A stretch of DNA of 64,000 nt from Thermofilaceae archaeon (GTDB taxonomy: Archaea > Thermoproteota > Thermoprotei > Thermofilales > Thermofilaceae). Positions 29,502 to 38,711 of this stretch are shown here, piece after piece. The position numbers and the translations under genes are program-made. The stretch spans positions 128,001-192,000 of the forward strand of contig JAWCCZ010000001.1 in assembly GCA_038861545.1 (NCBI GenBank), in the 5' to 3' direction. The notes below the pieces were generated by a model. It had not been told where the DNA came from. It did not search any database and worked only from the letters and a program-made list of their open reading frames with translations. How positions within the stretch are numbered: position 1 is the stretch's first letter; each line of letters begins with the position of its first letter.

Positions 29502-29920
29502 AAAAAGACGTTAAGCGGCATGCTAAAGTAGTTTATGTCTGTAAGTAAGTGCCCCATACATTTTCTCTGCTTTAGGGTTTACTGAATGAGTGTCAAAAAC
29601 GTTTTACTAATTATATATCAGCGTGTAAAACTTTTACCATGCACTTAAGGGCGCTGGAAATGTATCTTGACAGGCTTACTTGGTATTATAATTTCACAGT
29701 TATTAAAAATTAGGAAACCTGGCATGTTTGTGTCCATGGGTGTGGAGAAATATGCTATGAAAAGAAGACTTAGAAAGCCATTCTAGAGAGCTAACCAGAC
29801 ATGGCATTAATATGCAGCTGGAACGAGTAATATGAATGCTACTACTATTTGGAAACTAATAGGCGAAAACGGTAAAAAGTAGGTAGCAAGACACTTTAGT
29901 GACTTCGAACAAATAACCCT

Positions 29921-30955
29921 ATGAAAGCCGTCGTACTGTATGGTCCAAGGGATTTAAGATTGGAGAGTAGACTTGAGCCTATACCCAGGTCAAGCGAGGC
30001 GTTAGTTAGGGTAAAGGTCTGTGGTATTTGTCGCTCTGACTACCATTATTGGAAGTACGGCCGTATCGGAGAGTTTGTAGTTAAAGAGCCTCTAATCCTG
30101 GGCCATGAGGCGTGCGGGGTAGTGGAGGAGGTTGGAGAAGGGGTTGAAAGCTTAAAGCCAGGTGATCCAGTAGTAATTGAACCTGGTGTTCCTTGCGGGG
30201 AATGCTGGTACTGCAGGATAGGTAGGTATAACTTATGTTCCAACGTAGTTTTCATGGGTACACCGCCGGTTAATGGTGCGTTTGTCGAATACGTTGCCTG
30301 GAGAAATGATTTCCTTTACAAGATGCCTTCAGGAATGAGCTTTGAAGAGGGCGCGATGATTGAACCACTCGCTGTCGCATTACAGGCTGTTAACCGGGCT
30401 GGCTTGAAGTCAGGCTTCAGCGTAGCAATCTTTGGAATGGGAACTATCGGAATGGTAACGTTGGAAGCTGTGAAAGCGGCTGGAGCTGGCAAAATTATTG
30501 TAGTTGATGTAGACGAGTGGAAACTTGATTTAGCGTTAAGGAACGGCGCTGATGTAGCTGTTAACGCGCGAAAGGAGAATCCCGTAGAAACTGTGCGGAA
30601 GGCAGCTGGAGGGGAGGGTGTTGATTATGTTTTCGAGGCTTCGGGAGTAGAAAGGGCGTCTTATCAAGCAGTGAAAAGCGCGCGGAGAGGGGGTGTGGTA
30701 ACCCTCATAGGCCTTTACACGAATGATGAGTTCGAGTACCCGGTGCTTGAAACGATAATCAAGGAGGTTGATATTAGGGGTGTTCACCGCTACGCAAACA
30801 TGTTTCAACCTGCTATCCAGCTTGTGAGTAAGGGTATAGTAAAAGTCAAGCATCTAGTGACTCACAAGCTATCCCTCGAGCGGATAGAAGAAGGGTTCAG
30901 GATTATGGATGAAGGGAGAGAGAAATACGTGAAAATCCAAGTAGATGTTAGTTAA
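29921..30955 (+). CDS. Zn-dependent NAD(P) polyol (sorbitol/xylitol) dehydrogenase
   Basis: Motifs GICRSD, LGHE, structural Zn CGECWYC..C, GMGTIG and RYAN. Confidence 0.9.
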   Translation: MKAVVLYGPRDLRLESRLEPIPRSSEALVRVKVCGICRSDYHYWKYGRIGEFVVKEPLILGHEACGVVEEVGEGVESLKPGDPVVIEPGVPCGECWYCRIGRYNLCSNVVFMGTPPVNGAFVEYVAWRNDFLYKMPSGMSFEEGAMIEPLAVALQAVNRAGLKSGFSVAIFGMGTIGMVTLEAVKAAGAGKIIVVDVDEWKLDLALRNGADVAVNARKENPVETVRKAAGGEGVDYVFEASGVERASYQAVKSARRGGVVTLIGLYTNDEFEYPVLETIIKEVDIRGVHRYANMFQPAIQLVSKGIVKVKHLVTHKLSLERIEEGFRIMDEGREKYVKIQVDVS

Positions 30956-31473
30956 TGATTCCTTAAACTTAACTTATTTCCCCATTTGTTTTCGAAAACA
31001 ATTTCCTCGATAGGTTTCCTAGGCCTAGGGGGTGGAGCTTCATCTGGAATGCCTACTGGTGTCAATGCTACAATTCTGTATTGTTCTGGAACTCCGAGTA
31101 CCTCTTTAACCTTAGCTTCATCGAAGGCTCCAATCCAACAGGTGCCATAACCAAGCTCCGTGGCCTCAAGTATTAAGTGCTCCATTGCAGTCATAGTATC
31201 TCTATCATGCCATCTGGGCGATATATTTGGATCGCTTATTGCTATAATTATAGCTCCTGCGTCAGCTATAAACATTTGTCTAGAGGCTGCTTCAGCTATT
31301 CGTTTTTTGATATCCAAGTCCTTTACAACTACGAAATACCAAGGTTGCCGGTTTCCAGCGGAGGGCGCTAAGTGGGCAGCTTCTAGCATCTTTAAAAGAT
31401 CTTCCTCTTTTACGGGTTCAGGCCTGTACTTCCTGATACTCCTCCGCTTTGCAATTATTTCTAAAACTTGCAT
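30952..31473 (-). CDS. Nitroreductase family protein
   Basis: Motifs RRSIRKY, APSAGNRQPW and GYGTCWIG. Confidence 0.93.
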   Translation of the reverse strand: MQVLEIIAKRRSIRKYRPEPVKEEDLLKMLEAAHLAPSAGNRQPWYFVVVKDLDIKKRIAEAASRQMFIADAGAIIIAISDPNISPRWHDRDTMTAMEHLILEATELGYGTCWIGAFDEAKVKEVLGVPEQYRIVALTPVGIPDEAPPPRPRKPIEEIVFENKWGNKLSLRNH

Positions 31474-31551
31474 GAAGTTTTTTAAGTTTAGCCTTAATAA
31501 ATCTACTCTATACTAGATAGTGTTTTATACGAGGTGCAAAGCGCGTTTTTG

Positions 31552-32559
31552 ATGAAAGCCGCAATTATCGGATGCGGAGGGATGGGAGAAGCCCACCTGC
31601 GGGATTTAATCAAGTTCCGGGAAAAGAACCCCGATCTGGAAATAAAGTACCTAGTAGATGTGAATAGAGAGCGGACCGCGCAGTTAAAGGCGAAATACTG
31701 TTTAAACGAAGCCATACTTTTAACTGATTATAGAAAGGTCCTTGGTAAAGTGGACGCAGCTATCGTGGCGACGCCGCATGCTGAGCACTACCAACAGGTA
31801 ATGGAGCTTATCGCGAGCGGGGTGAATGTTCTGGTTGAGAAGCCCATGGTCTGCAGTTTAAGGCAAGCAATTGACATCTACGAAGCTTGGAAAAAGAGTG
31901 GGTTAGTTGTAGAAGTAGGTTACCAACGGCATTTCGAGCCGCCTTTTATGGCCGCAAAGGATGTTGTCTCTAAAGGCGGGCTGGGTAAACTTCAGATGAT
32001 ATCGATGATTCTAGGGCAAAATTATCTTCGATGGGTTAGGGGTTCATGGCGTGTAATTAAGAACATAAGCTGTGGCGGGGAGCTGATCGATTCGGGAAGC
32101 CATCTTATTGATGTAGCGCTATGGGTATCCGGTCTCGCAGCCGACGAGGCTTTCGCCTACATGGATACTTGCGGCACTGAAGTAGACATTAATGCAGCCC
32201 TAGTAGCGAAGCTGGAAGGAGGTGTACTCCTACTTTTTACAGTAGCTGGAGACGACCCTGGCTGGCTTGAAGTTGAGATATTCTGGGGCGAGGAGGGTAG
32301 GTTAACCTTGCAGCCACCTGCCGTGTTGATGCAGAGAAGAAAGGGTGAGGGCGAAGCAGTAAAGTTAGACGGCTACACGGCTTCCAGACCGGCCTATAAT
32401 TTCCTTAAAGCTATTATAGGTGAGGAGGAGAACATGGTTCCACCTATCTATGGGCTTAGGGTGCAAGAGTTATCTGACGCAGCTTATCGATCGGTAGAGT
32501 TTAGAAGGCCGGTTAAGGTGGCCGAGCTCTACGAGGAGTTGGGAGTTCAGAGACCCTAA
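31552..32559 (+). CDS. Gfo/Idh/MocA family oxidoreductase
   Basis: Motifs IIGCGGMG, VEKP and GGELIDSGSH. Start placed at ATG 31552. Confidence 0.9.
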   Translation: MKAAIIGCGGMGEAHLRDLIKFREKNPDLEIKYLVDVNRERTAQLKAKYCLNEAILLTDYRKVLGKVDAAIVATPHAEHYQQVMELIASGVNVLVEKPMVCSLRQAIDIYEAWKKSGLVVEVGYQRHFEPPFMAAKDVVSKGGLGKLQMISMILGQNYLRWVRGSWRVIKNISCGGELIDSGSHLIDVALWVSGLAADEAFAYMDTCGTEVDINAALVAKLEGGVLLLFTVAGDDPGWLEVEIFWGEEGRLTLQPPAVLMQRRKGEGEAVKLDGYTASRPAYNFLKAIIGEEENMVPPIYGLRVQELSDAAYRSVEFRRPVKVAELYEELGVQRP

Positions 32560-32566
32560 CCCTGAT

Positions 32567-34099
32567 TTAATGCTCTAAGGAGACCATAGACTCGTAGTGT
32601 AGGTGGGCTAGTACCATATTTTCCTCAGGTTTTCCGACGCCTATTGCCATAACTGTTTCCAGATATTCCTCAGCTGCCTGGAGTTTTGTGCTATGTTCAC
32701 TGTATACAGTGAGCAAAGGATAGCCGTTTTTAACCAGGCTTCCTATTTTGGCGTGTAGCTCGATACCGGCTCCTTTGTCTTTAGGTGCCCCTGCAAGCCT
32801 AGCTGCTGTCGCGATAGCTGTGTTGTTAACCCAAATTACCATGCCTTCCCGCTCGGCATATAAGGTGAGACGTTTATCTCCGACCGGTATATCTTGAGGC
32901 TTGAGGTCGGGGTTTCCCCCCTGTGCTTCAATGATTTCTTTCATCTTTAAATATGCTTTTCCGCTCTTGAGCGCTTCAAGGGCTATAGCTTTCCCATCTG
33001 ATATTCCAACCATTTCTAGGAGCATGCCGGCAAGGCTTACAGCTTTATCTACGAGATCAACAGGGCCTTTACCCAGTAAAGCAAAGAGAGCCTCGCGAGC
33101 CTCTAGAGCGGGTCCAGCGGCTCGCCCTACGGGTTGGTCGCCTAATGTTGCTACGCATGCCACTTTAATACCCATGCGCTTACTGACTTCTACAAGGATC
33201 CTAGAGAGGTTGCGAGCTTCCTCTATAGTCTTAACCTTCGCTCCTCTGCCTACAGGAAGGTCCACTACTATATGAGTAGCGCCAACCGCTGCTTTCTTTG
33301 CTATTATAGATGGAACTAGGAATGGATCGATCGCCAGCGGGTACTCAACCTTGATGATTTTATCATCGGCTGGCGCTAAACCCAGAGCCCCTCCCCAAGC
33401 GATGCAACCTCTAACATTAAACACAATACTGTGAACCTCTTCCAGTGTTAAGTTAACAGGCATCAATACTTCAGCCCTGTCAGCAGTGCCTGCTGGACTG
33501 GTGATGGCTCGCGAACTAGTCTTCGGTATATAGTATCCGAGAGAAGCTATTATTGGCACTATAAGTAACGTTGTTTTATCTCCAGGTACGCCGCCGATGC
33601 TGTGTTTGTCTAGGATAGGGTTAACCCCAAGGTTTAAACGTTCACCAGTCTCAACCATTGCACGCGAGAAATAGTAGGCTTCTTCGACGCTTAACCCTCG
33701 TTGGTTAGCCGCTGTTACGAGAGCTGTAAGCTCTACTTCGTCTAATGAATTTTTCACTATATCCTCGATAATTGTGCGTACTTCTTCATAGCTTAGCGAG
33801 GAGCCGGATAGGAATGCTTTAATGTATTGCGATGATCGTGGGGGTTGCACGGCTAGAACTTCAACGAGCTCGCCAGTTTTCAAAGCTAGAGCCCTTGCCA
33901 CTTCATCATTAACTAAAGCGATATCTGGTGAAAGGTTCTGAGCGACGTTAACTACGGCTACTATTTCACTGCCGCCTCGTCTAACTAGAACTCGGTCATG
34001 AGGTCTAACGCCTAAACTGTACGCTGCTGTATCATCAAGTACTAGGAGTGGAGTACCACTCGCGAAACCCAGTAATCGTACTCTAAGTGGTAAGCTCAT
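32567..34099 (-). CDS. deoA: AMP phosphorylase (archaeal thymidine-phosphorylase family)
   Basis: Extra N-terminal domain; motifs DKHSIGGVPG, KTSSRAITSPAGTAD and AGAPKDKGAG. Confidence 0.92.
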   Translation of the reverse strand: MSLPLRVRLLGFASGTPLLVLDDTAAYSLGVRPHDRVLVRRGGSEIVAVVNVAQNLSPDIALVNDEVARALALKTGELVEVLAVQPPRSSQYIKAFLSGSSLSYEEVRTIIEDIVKNSLDEVELTALVTAANQRGLSVEEAYYFSRAMVETGERLNLGVNPILDKHSIGGVPGDKTTLLIVPIIASLGYYIPKTSSRAITSPAGTADRAEVLMPVNLTLEEVHSIVFNVRGCIAWGGALGLAPADDKIIKVEYPLAIDPFLVPSIIAKKAAVGATHIVVDLPVGRGAKVKTIEEARNLSRILVEVSKRMGIKVACVATLGDQPVGRAAGPALEAREALFALLGKGPVDLVDKAVSLAGMLLEMVGISDGKAIALEALKSGKAYLKMKEIIEAQGGNPDLKPQDIPVGDKRLTLYAEREGMVIWVNNTAIATAARLAGAPKDKGAGIELHAKIGSLVKNGYPLLTVYSEHSTKLQAAEEYLETVMAIGVGKPEENMVLAHLHYESMVSLEH

Positions 34100-34147
34100 A
34101 GTTAGTAAATGACATTCGCTCTATTAACGGTTACGTTACGCTCCGTA

Positions 34148-34519
34148 TTACCGGCTCTCCTTAATAGAGTAGATGCCGAAAACTACGACTTTGCCTCCAC
34201 ACTTGGGGCATGTCTCCTTTTGTTTAAGCACGTAATCACCTGGTTCCGTGTTTTTCTCTTCCGTATAGTCGCATGACTCACATTTGAGTAGCTCCACTAT
34301 GCGCATCTTAGTTATTTTCACTTTCCTCAGCCTATCTAGACCGGAGAATGCAAGGTATACTCCCATGACTGAGAGAACCGCTAGGTTAGCGTAAACTGTA
34401 TCATTTGTATATATATACATTATCAACATGTGAACCGTGACTAGTACTAGGGCGACAATTAACACTAAGTACACAGGCATCCAACGCGATTTTAGTTCAG
34501 CTAGCTTTTCTTCGCTCAT
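34148..34519 (-). CDS. Small membrane protein with C-terminal Zn ribbon
   Basis: Two TM helices followed by CESC...GDYV...CPKCGG. Confidence 0.75.
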   Translation of the reverse strand: MSEEKLAELKSRWMPVYLVLIVALVLVTVHMLIMYIYTNDTVYANLAVLSVMGVYLAFSGLDRLRKVKITKMRIVELLKCESCDYTEEKNTEPGDYVLKQKETCPKCGGKVVVFGIYSIKESR

Positions 34520-34535
34520 GGGACTTGCAAACCAT

Positions 34536-34973
34536 TTATAGACTACTATTAATATCTGCTACCTTTCCTGTGCCTGAGCTTACAATTAAGGATGCGATGA
34601 TCCTCCTATGCCTTCTCGAAGCCGGCTGGTTCTCCAAAAAGAAGATACCTGTATCTCCTAAGGGCACATTGCCGTCAATCACTGGTAAAGCTAGCATCGT
34701 GCCGATAAGAGTGGAACGTAGGTGTGCGTATGCATTTCCGGGATGTTTCCAACCCAGTGTAGGTACTAGGTCCCATAAATTATACTCGAAAGCTTCTACG
34801 AGCTCACGCTTCCTGGGTAACAGTACTAGTGCGCCAGTTGAACCGACAGCTTGTAAAGCTATTATACCAAACTTAACTCCTTTCGCTAGCTCTACCACCT
34901 TATCCGTTATATTGAACAGCTTGTTCGGCCCATACGTGCTTAGTTCTACGTTCTCTAAGCGTTCGACTCTCAT
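34536..34973 (-). CDS. YjbQ family protein
   Basis: Motifs FNITDKV, HPGNAYAHLRSTLIG and LG..GIFFLE. Confidence 0.85.
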   Translation of the reverse strand: MRVERLENVELSTYGPNKLFNITDKVVELAKGVKFGIIALQAVGSTGALVLLPRKRELVEAFEYNLWDLVPTLGWKHPGNAYAHLRSTLIGTMLALPVIDGNVPLGDTGIFFLENQPASRRHRRIIASLIVSSGTGKVADINSSL

Positions 34974-35383
34974 TGCATCACCTCAATTACGAGTTTGCGT
35001 GTCCCCTCTTTCTCGTTAAGGTCCAGAAGGCAAATTTGCTGGAATGAGCCTAAAAGCAGTCCTTCCTCCACAGGTATTATCAAGCTGGGTTGGAACACAG
35101 AAGCGATAACGTGAGGATCCTTAACTTTCCAACTGTTCACTAGAGTTAATATATCTTCTATCAGGTCGACATCATACTCGATCGTAATTAGGCGGGCGAG
35201 GGGATCCGTCGAGTAGAGCAGCACTACTCCTTTTTTCAGACCGGCCGACTTGATCGCCTGTTCTACATACGGGGTTATGTCGTAAACTCCTCTTCCAGCG
35301 CTTTGTATCTCTATTTCGGTAATCACGCCGGTTCCAGTGCACCCCAGTATTTTTACGTTACTGCTTAATACGCTACGCGCCAA
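34970..35383 (-). CDS. YjbQ family protein (divergent paralog)
   Basis: Motifs DITPYVEQAI..G..G and SLIIPVEEGLLLGSFQQICLLDL...R. Confidence 0.8.
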   Translation of the reverse strand: MARSVLSSNVKILGCTGTGVITEIEIQSAGRGVYDITPYVEQAIKSAGLKKGVVLLYSTDPLARLITIEYDVDLIEDILTLVNSWKVKDPHVIASVFQPSLIIPVEEGLLLGSFQQICLLDLNEKEGTRKLVIEVMQ

Positions 35384-35414
35384 CCATTATAAGTAGTGTC
35401 TCAAAGACAGGCTG

Positions 35415-37253
35415 ATGCCGGAAACTAGGCTGGCAGTTTATGTGACGGCTCAGACTGTAAACTCGCTCGCAACAGGGGCTATTAGTTACGATGAAGTTCG
35501 TAAACAGCTTGATCTGCTTGGGATTGAGAAAGTATATCTTGAAAACTATCGAACTGGGCTTCTAGTACCCCAAACTCACTTGGCTAAAGTTAGAGAAGCG
35601 TTTAAAGACTCTTACGAAGTTTCTGGAGGTAGCTGTATCGGCACGTGGGGTGAAGATTGGGGAAGGCATGCAGACTTCGGCTTCAGAGTCGTCTGCTTAA
35701 CTGATCAGAAGAACTTGAGTCTGATAGCTAAGGCTATGAAAGAGGCCGGAGAGATTTTCGACGAAGTGTTAATCGACGATTTTTGGGCGAATTGGTGTGT
35801 ATGTCCCTATTGTGTAGCCGAGTTCAATAGAGAGTACGGGCTCAGCATTAGTGATGAAATGCTTCAACAAGCGCTTACAAGGGGCGATAACCAGCTTTCA
35901 AGGCTTTGGGCACGTTTTTCCACGGAGCTTTTCAGCAATGTATCTCGCAGGTATGTTGTAAAACCGTTTAAGGAGAGTGGCGGGCAGAGAATAGTAGATA
36001 AAGTCCCTGAATGGAGAGAGGATTTCTACATTAGAGGGCTTTTCATCCCTATAATCTCGAGAATATTCGATGGGATCTACGTTGGAACTGAGTCTAGGGA
36101 GGGTACGCGCAGGTATGGAGCTTTCTTTACGGCCAGAATGGTAAGAGAGTTAGCAGGAGGAATAGCCGGTGTCTGGTTTGACACGTATAACGGTCTGTTC
36201 AGCTGGTGGGAACCCTTAACTGTTGAAACTTACTTAGAGCAGCTTTTCGAGAGCATGGCTGCGTTACCACCCGAAGTGACGCTTTTCTGCCTGGAGGACC
36301 TGCTACACTCTAGCAGGCATCAATTAGTGGAGGCTATTAAACAAAATTGGGCTTCACTACGCAGAGCTGTAGTAGAGGTTCAAGGCGAACCCATAGGGGT
36401 TCTAAAGCCAAGCATTCAGCCTGGTTTTTCTCCAGTAGATGACAGGTACGTTGAGGATTATATAGGCATGATAGGGGTCCCTCTAGTACCCGTAAACCCC
36501 GACTCGATGCCGGCAGGGTCCTGCGTTCTCATAACTGCTAAAGAGGTTGCCACCCTTGATCTAGAGTCCCTTTCCTCTAAAGCAAGAGCCATTCTGCTTA
36601 CCTCGGGCGCAGTTCGCTGGCTAATGAATGAGAATTCGAGCGGGCTAGGTTACAGATTCCTCGGCGCGAAGGGACCTGAAAACCTGGTGTACGAGTGCTT
36701 CCACGCTACCTCATTGAAGTATAAAGGCCAGACAGTGTATGAAGGCCATAGGAGGAGCGTGCTCCACCCAGTAGGGCCAATCATCGACAGCGAGGACACC
36801 GAAGTGATTCTCACTGCTAGCGACGGGTACGAGGAGTGGCCAGTTATATTCCGAAAACGTTACGGCAAAGCGGATGTGATCTCGATATGCGTTACAGACT
36901 ATCCAGCTTTACTATGTGAATACCCGGAGGTAGTCCGGCAAGCGATTCGAGATCTAATTTATGAGTATATTGGCGTAAGTGTCGATATTCCACACAAGTT
37001 ACGGTCCTATGGCTTGACCCCACAGCTAGTTAATTTTGTGCTGCACGTTTACAATGATGGACACATAGGAGTAGCTAACTATAACTACTATGGGATCCCG
37101 CTGGAGCTCACTTTAGATTTCTTACCTCGCTTTGCAGATCAACCCAAGTTACTTGCCGGAAGCGTGTTAATAGAGGAAGCAGTTGATCGAAGAATAACTA
37201 TGCGCGTGCCGGCTCGCAGTCACGGTTTCATAAAGGCTACAAGCGCGAATTAA
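35415..37253 (+). CDS. Uncharacterised glycoside-hydrolase-like protein (TIM barrel, GATase-like domain, beta domain)
   Basis: KVYLENYR and DEVLIDDF..WCVCPYC (GH42-like CxCxxC); domain order resembles GH42. Confidence 0.55.
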   Translation: MPETRLAVYVTAQTVNSLATGAISYDEVRKQLDLLGIEKVYLENYRTGLLVPQTHLAKVREAFKDSYEVSGGSCIGTWGEDWGRHADFGFRVVCLTDQKNLSLIAKAMKEAGEIFDEVLIDDFWANWCVCPYCVAEFNREYGLSISDEMLQQALTRGDNQLSRLWARFSTELFSNVSRRYVVKPFKESGGQRIVDKVPEWREDFYIRGLFIPIISRIFDGIYVGTESREGTRRYGAFFTARMVRELAGGIAGVWFDTYNGLFSWWEPLTVETYLEQLFESMAALPPEVTLFCLEDLLHSSRHQLVEAIKQNWASLRRAVVEVQGEPIGVLKPSIQPGFSPVDDRYVEDYIGMIGVPLVPVNPDSMPAGSCVLITAKEVATLDLESLSSKARAILLTSGAVRWLMNENSSGLGYRFLGAKGPENLVYECFHATSLKYKGQTVYEGHRRSVLHPVGPIIDSEDTEVILTASDGYEEWPVIFRKRYGKADVISICVTDYPALLCEYPEVVRQAIRDLIYEYIGVSVDIPHKLRSYGLTPQLVNFVLHVYNDGHIGVANYNYYGIPLELTLDFLPRFADQPKLLAGSVLIEEAVDRRITMRVPARSHGFIKATSAN

Positions 37254-37269
37254 AAGTTTAAAAAATCTT

Positions 37270-38640
37270 TTAGATATTCTTCTTTATTTGTTTTTTACTT
37301 AAAATCACTATGGATGCAAGGATTAAAAGGATACCGATTATCCCCATAATAATAAAGGGTAGGAAGGCTTCAATGTAATCAAGTCTCCAAACAGCTTTAA
37401 TAGTTCTAGGACCATTAACGTAGATCTCTACGGTTCCTGGGTCCACAATCCTATCTTCTTCCTTAAGCCCTTCAAAATGGTCGAAGACGTAGGGGCCAAC
37501 TTTAGTTGGATTGATGGATATTCGAGCATATGTGTCTATCCAGTAAAGTCCTTCTCCAGTAGCGGTACCGTACTGCGTATCCACAGTAACCAAGTACATG
37601 GTTCGATTTCCCGGAAATAAAGCTTCTAATAACTCTGTTCTCCATCTCCCTCTAAACTGGTCGTAAATGCCGAAGCCAGCCGCAAACTCCCAGTAACACC
37701 AAGCTATTCCTCTTTTCTCAGCTTCCCTGGCCACTAAGTAAGTCCACCTGATACGGGATTCCATATCCGCCTTACTGTATGCTCCAAACTCGCCCATAAG
37801 TAGCGGGACACCACCATATTGTTCAGCCCAGTTCGCGGCGATGTCGAGCTCCCTTGTTACCTCTCGCTGCTCCAAGCGCGTACCGTACCATTTAACGCCA
37901 ACTCGTGGGCTCGGGCTAACCCATTCAGCCCCTTGATGAGTGAATTCAAAAGGGGTGTAGAAGTGGAAAGTTACAATAATATTTTCATCGTTTTCAGGGA
38001 GCTGGAGCTGCTGAAGAGCATAAGGACTGTTCCAGTTAACTGGACCGACAACTATTTTTCGCGTTGGGTTTGTTATGCGTATAATATCTATGGTTTCACG
38101 CATCAACTGGTTCCATATATCAGCGGTCAATTCGTTGCAAGGTTCATTTAAAAGCTCGAAGATCAACCTGTCTGGGTAATCTTTATACCTAGCAGAAATC
38201 TGCTGCCAAATGGCCATGAAACGCTCCTTCTGGTCTAAGGGCTTCTGCATAATTTCCTCGTAATGGTGAACATTAATGATGACATACAACCCCTGCTCTA
38301 GAGCTTTGTCGATCACGTGGTCAACTCGCTGGAAAAACTTTTCATCAATGGCATAGGGTGGATTTTTCTCGGCGTGTGAGCTCCATCGTATCGGTATCCT
38401 AACCGCTTCAAAACCTGCTTCTCTTATAATTTTTAAAAATTCATCTCTAATGTAAACCCCCCACTGCCCTTCCACTGGAGCCTCAAGGGCGTTACCAATG
38501 TTGATACACTTGCAGAAATGCAGCTTTGCTGTGCAGTTCACTTGGCTTAGGCTACTAGGCGGCTGAGATAAGGAGAGTGGTATAAGAACTAATATGCCTG
38601 TAAGTGCTAACATAGTTGCTTTACTTATGCAAGTAGGCAT
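37270..38640 (-). CDS. Membrane-anchored GH5 endoglucanase
   Basis: Signal peptide; motifs INIGNALEAP, RIPIRW, acid/base NEP, HFY and nucleophile GEFG; small beta domain and C-terminal TM helix with basic tail. Confidence 0.93.
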   Translation of the reverse strand: MPTCISKATMLALTGILVLIPLSLSQPPSSLSQVNCTAKLHFCKCINIGNALEAPVEGQWGVYIRDEFLKIIREAGFEAVRIPIRWSSHAEKNPPYAIDEKFFQRVDHVIDKALEQGLYVIINVHHYEEIMQKPLDQKERFMAIWQQISARYKDYPDRLIFELLNEPCNELTADIWNQLMRETIDIIRITNPTRKIVVGPVNWNSPYALQQLQLPENDENIIVTFHFYTPFEFTHQGAEWVSPSPRVGVKWYGTRLEQREVTRELDIAANWAEQYGGVPLLMGEFGAYSKADMESRIRWTYLVAREAEKRGIAWCYWEFAAGFGIYDQFRGRWRTELLEALFPGNRTMYLVTVDTQYGTATGEGLYWIDTYARISINPTKVGPYVFDHFEGLKEEDRIVDPGTVEIYVNGPRTIKAVWRLDYIEAFLPFIIMGIIGILLILASIVILSKKQIKKNI

Positions 38641-38711
38641 AAAGCCGAAACCATGTAAAAGTAAAAAGGTTATCTTTTAACCAAGTGAAAACTGTTACAT
38701 TGACGCTAACC

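Noticed and set aside
29502-29920. Long spacer with a possible frameshifted C2H2-like remnant (CPW/CGE...LESH) near 29725-29790
   Set aside because: It needs several assumed indels over a very short stretch, so it cannot be supported.
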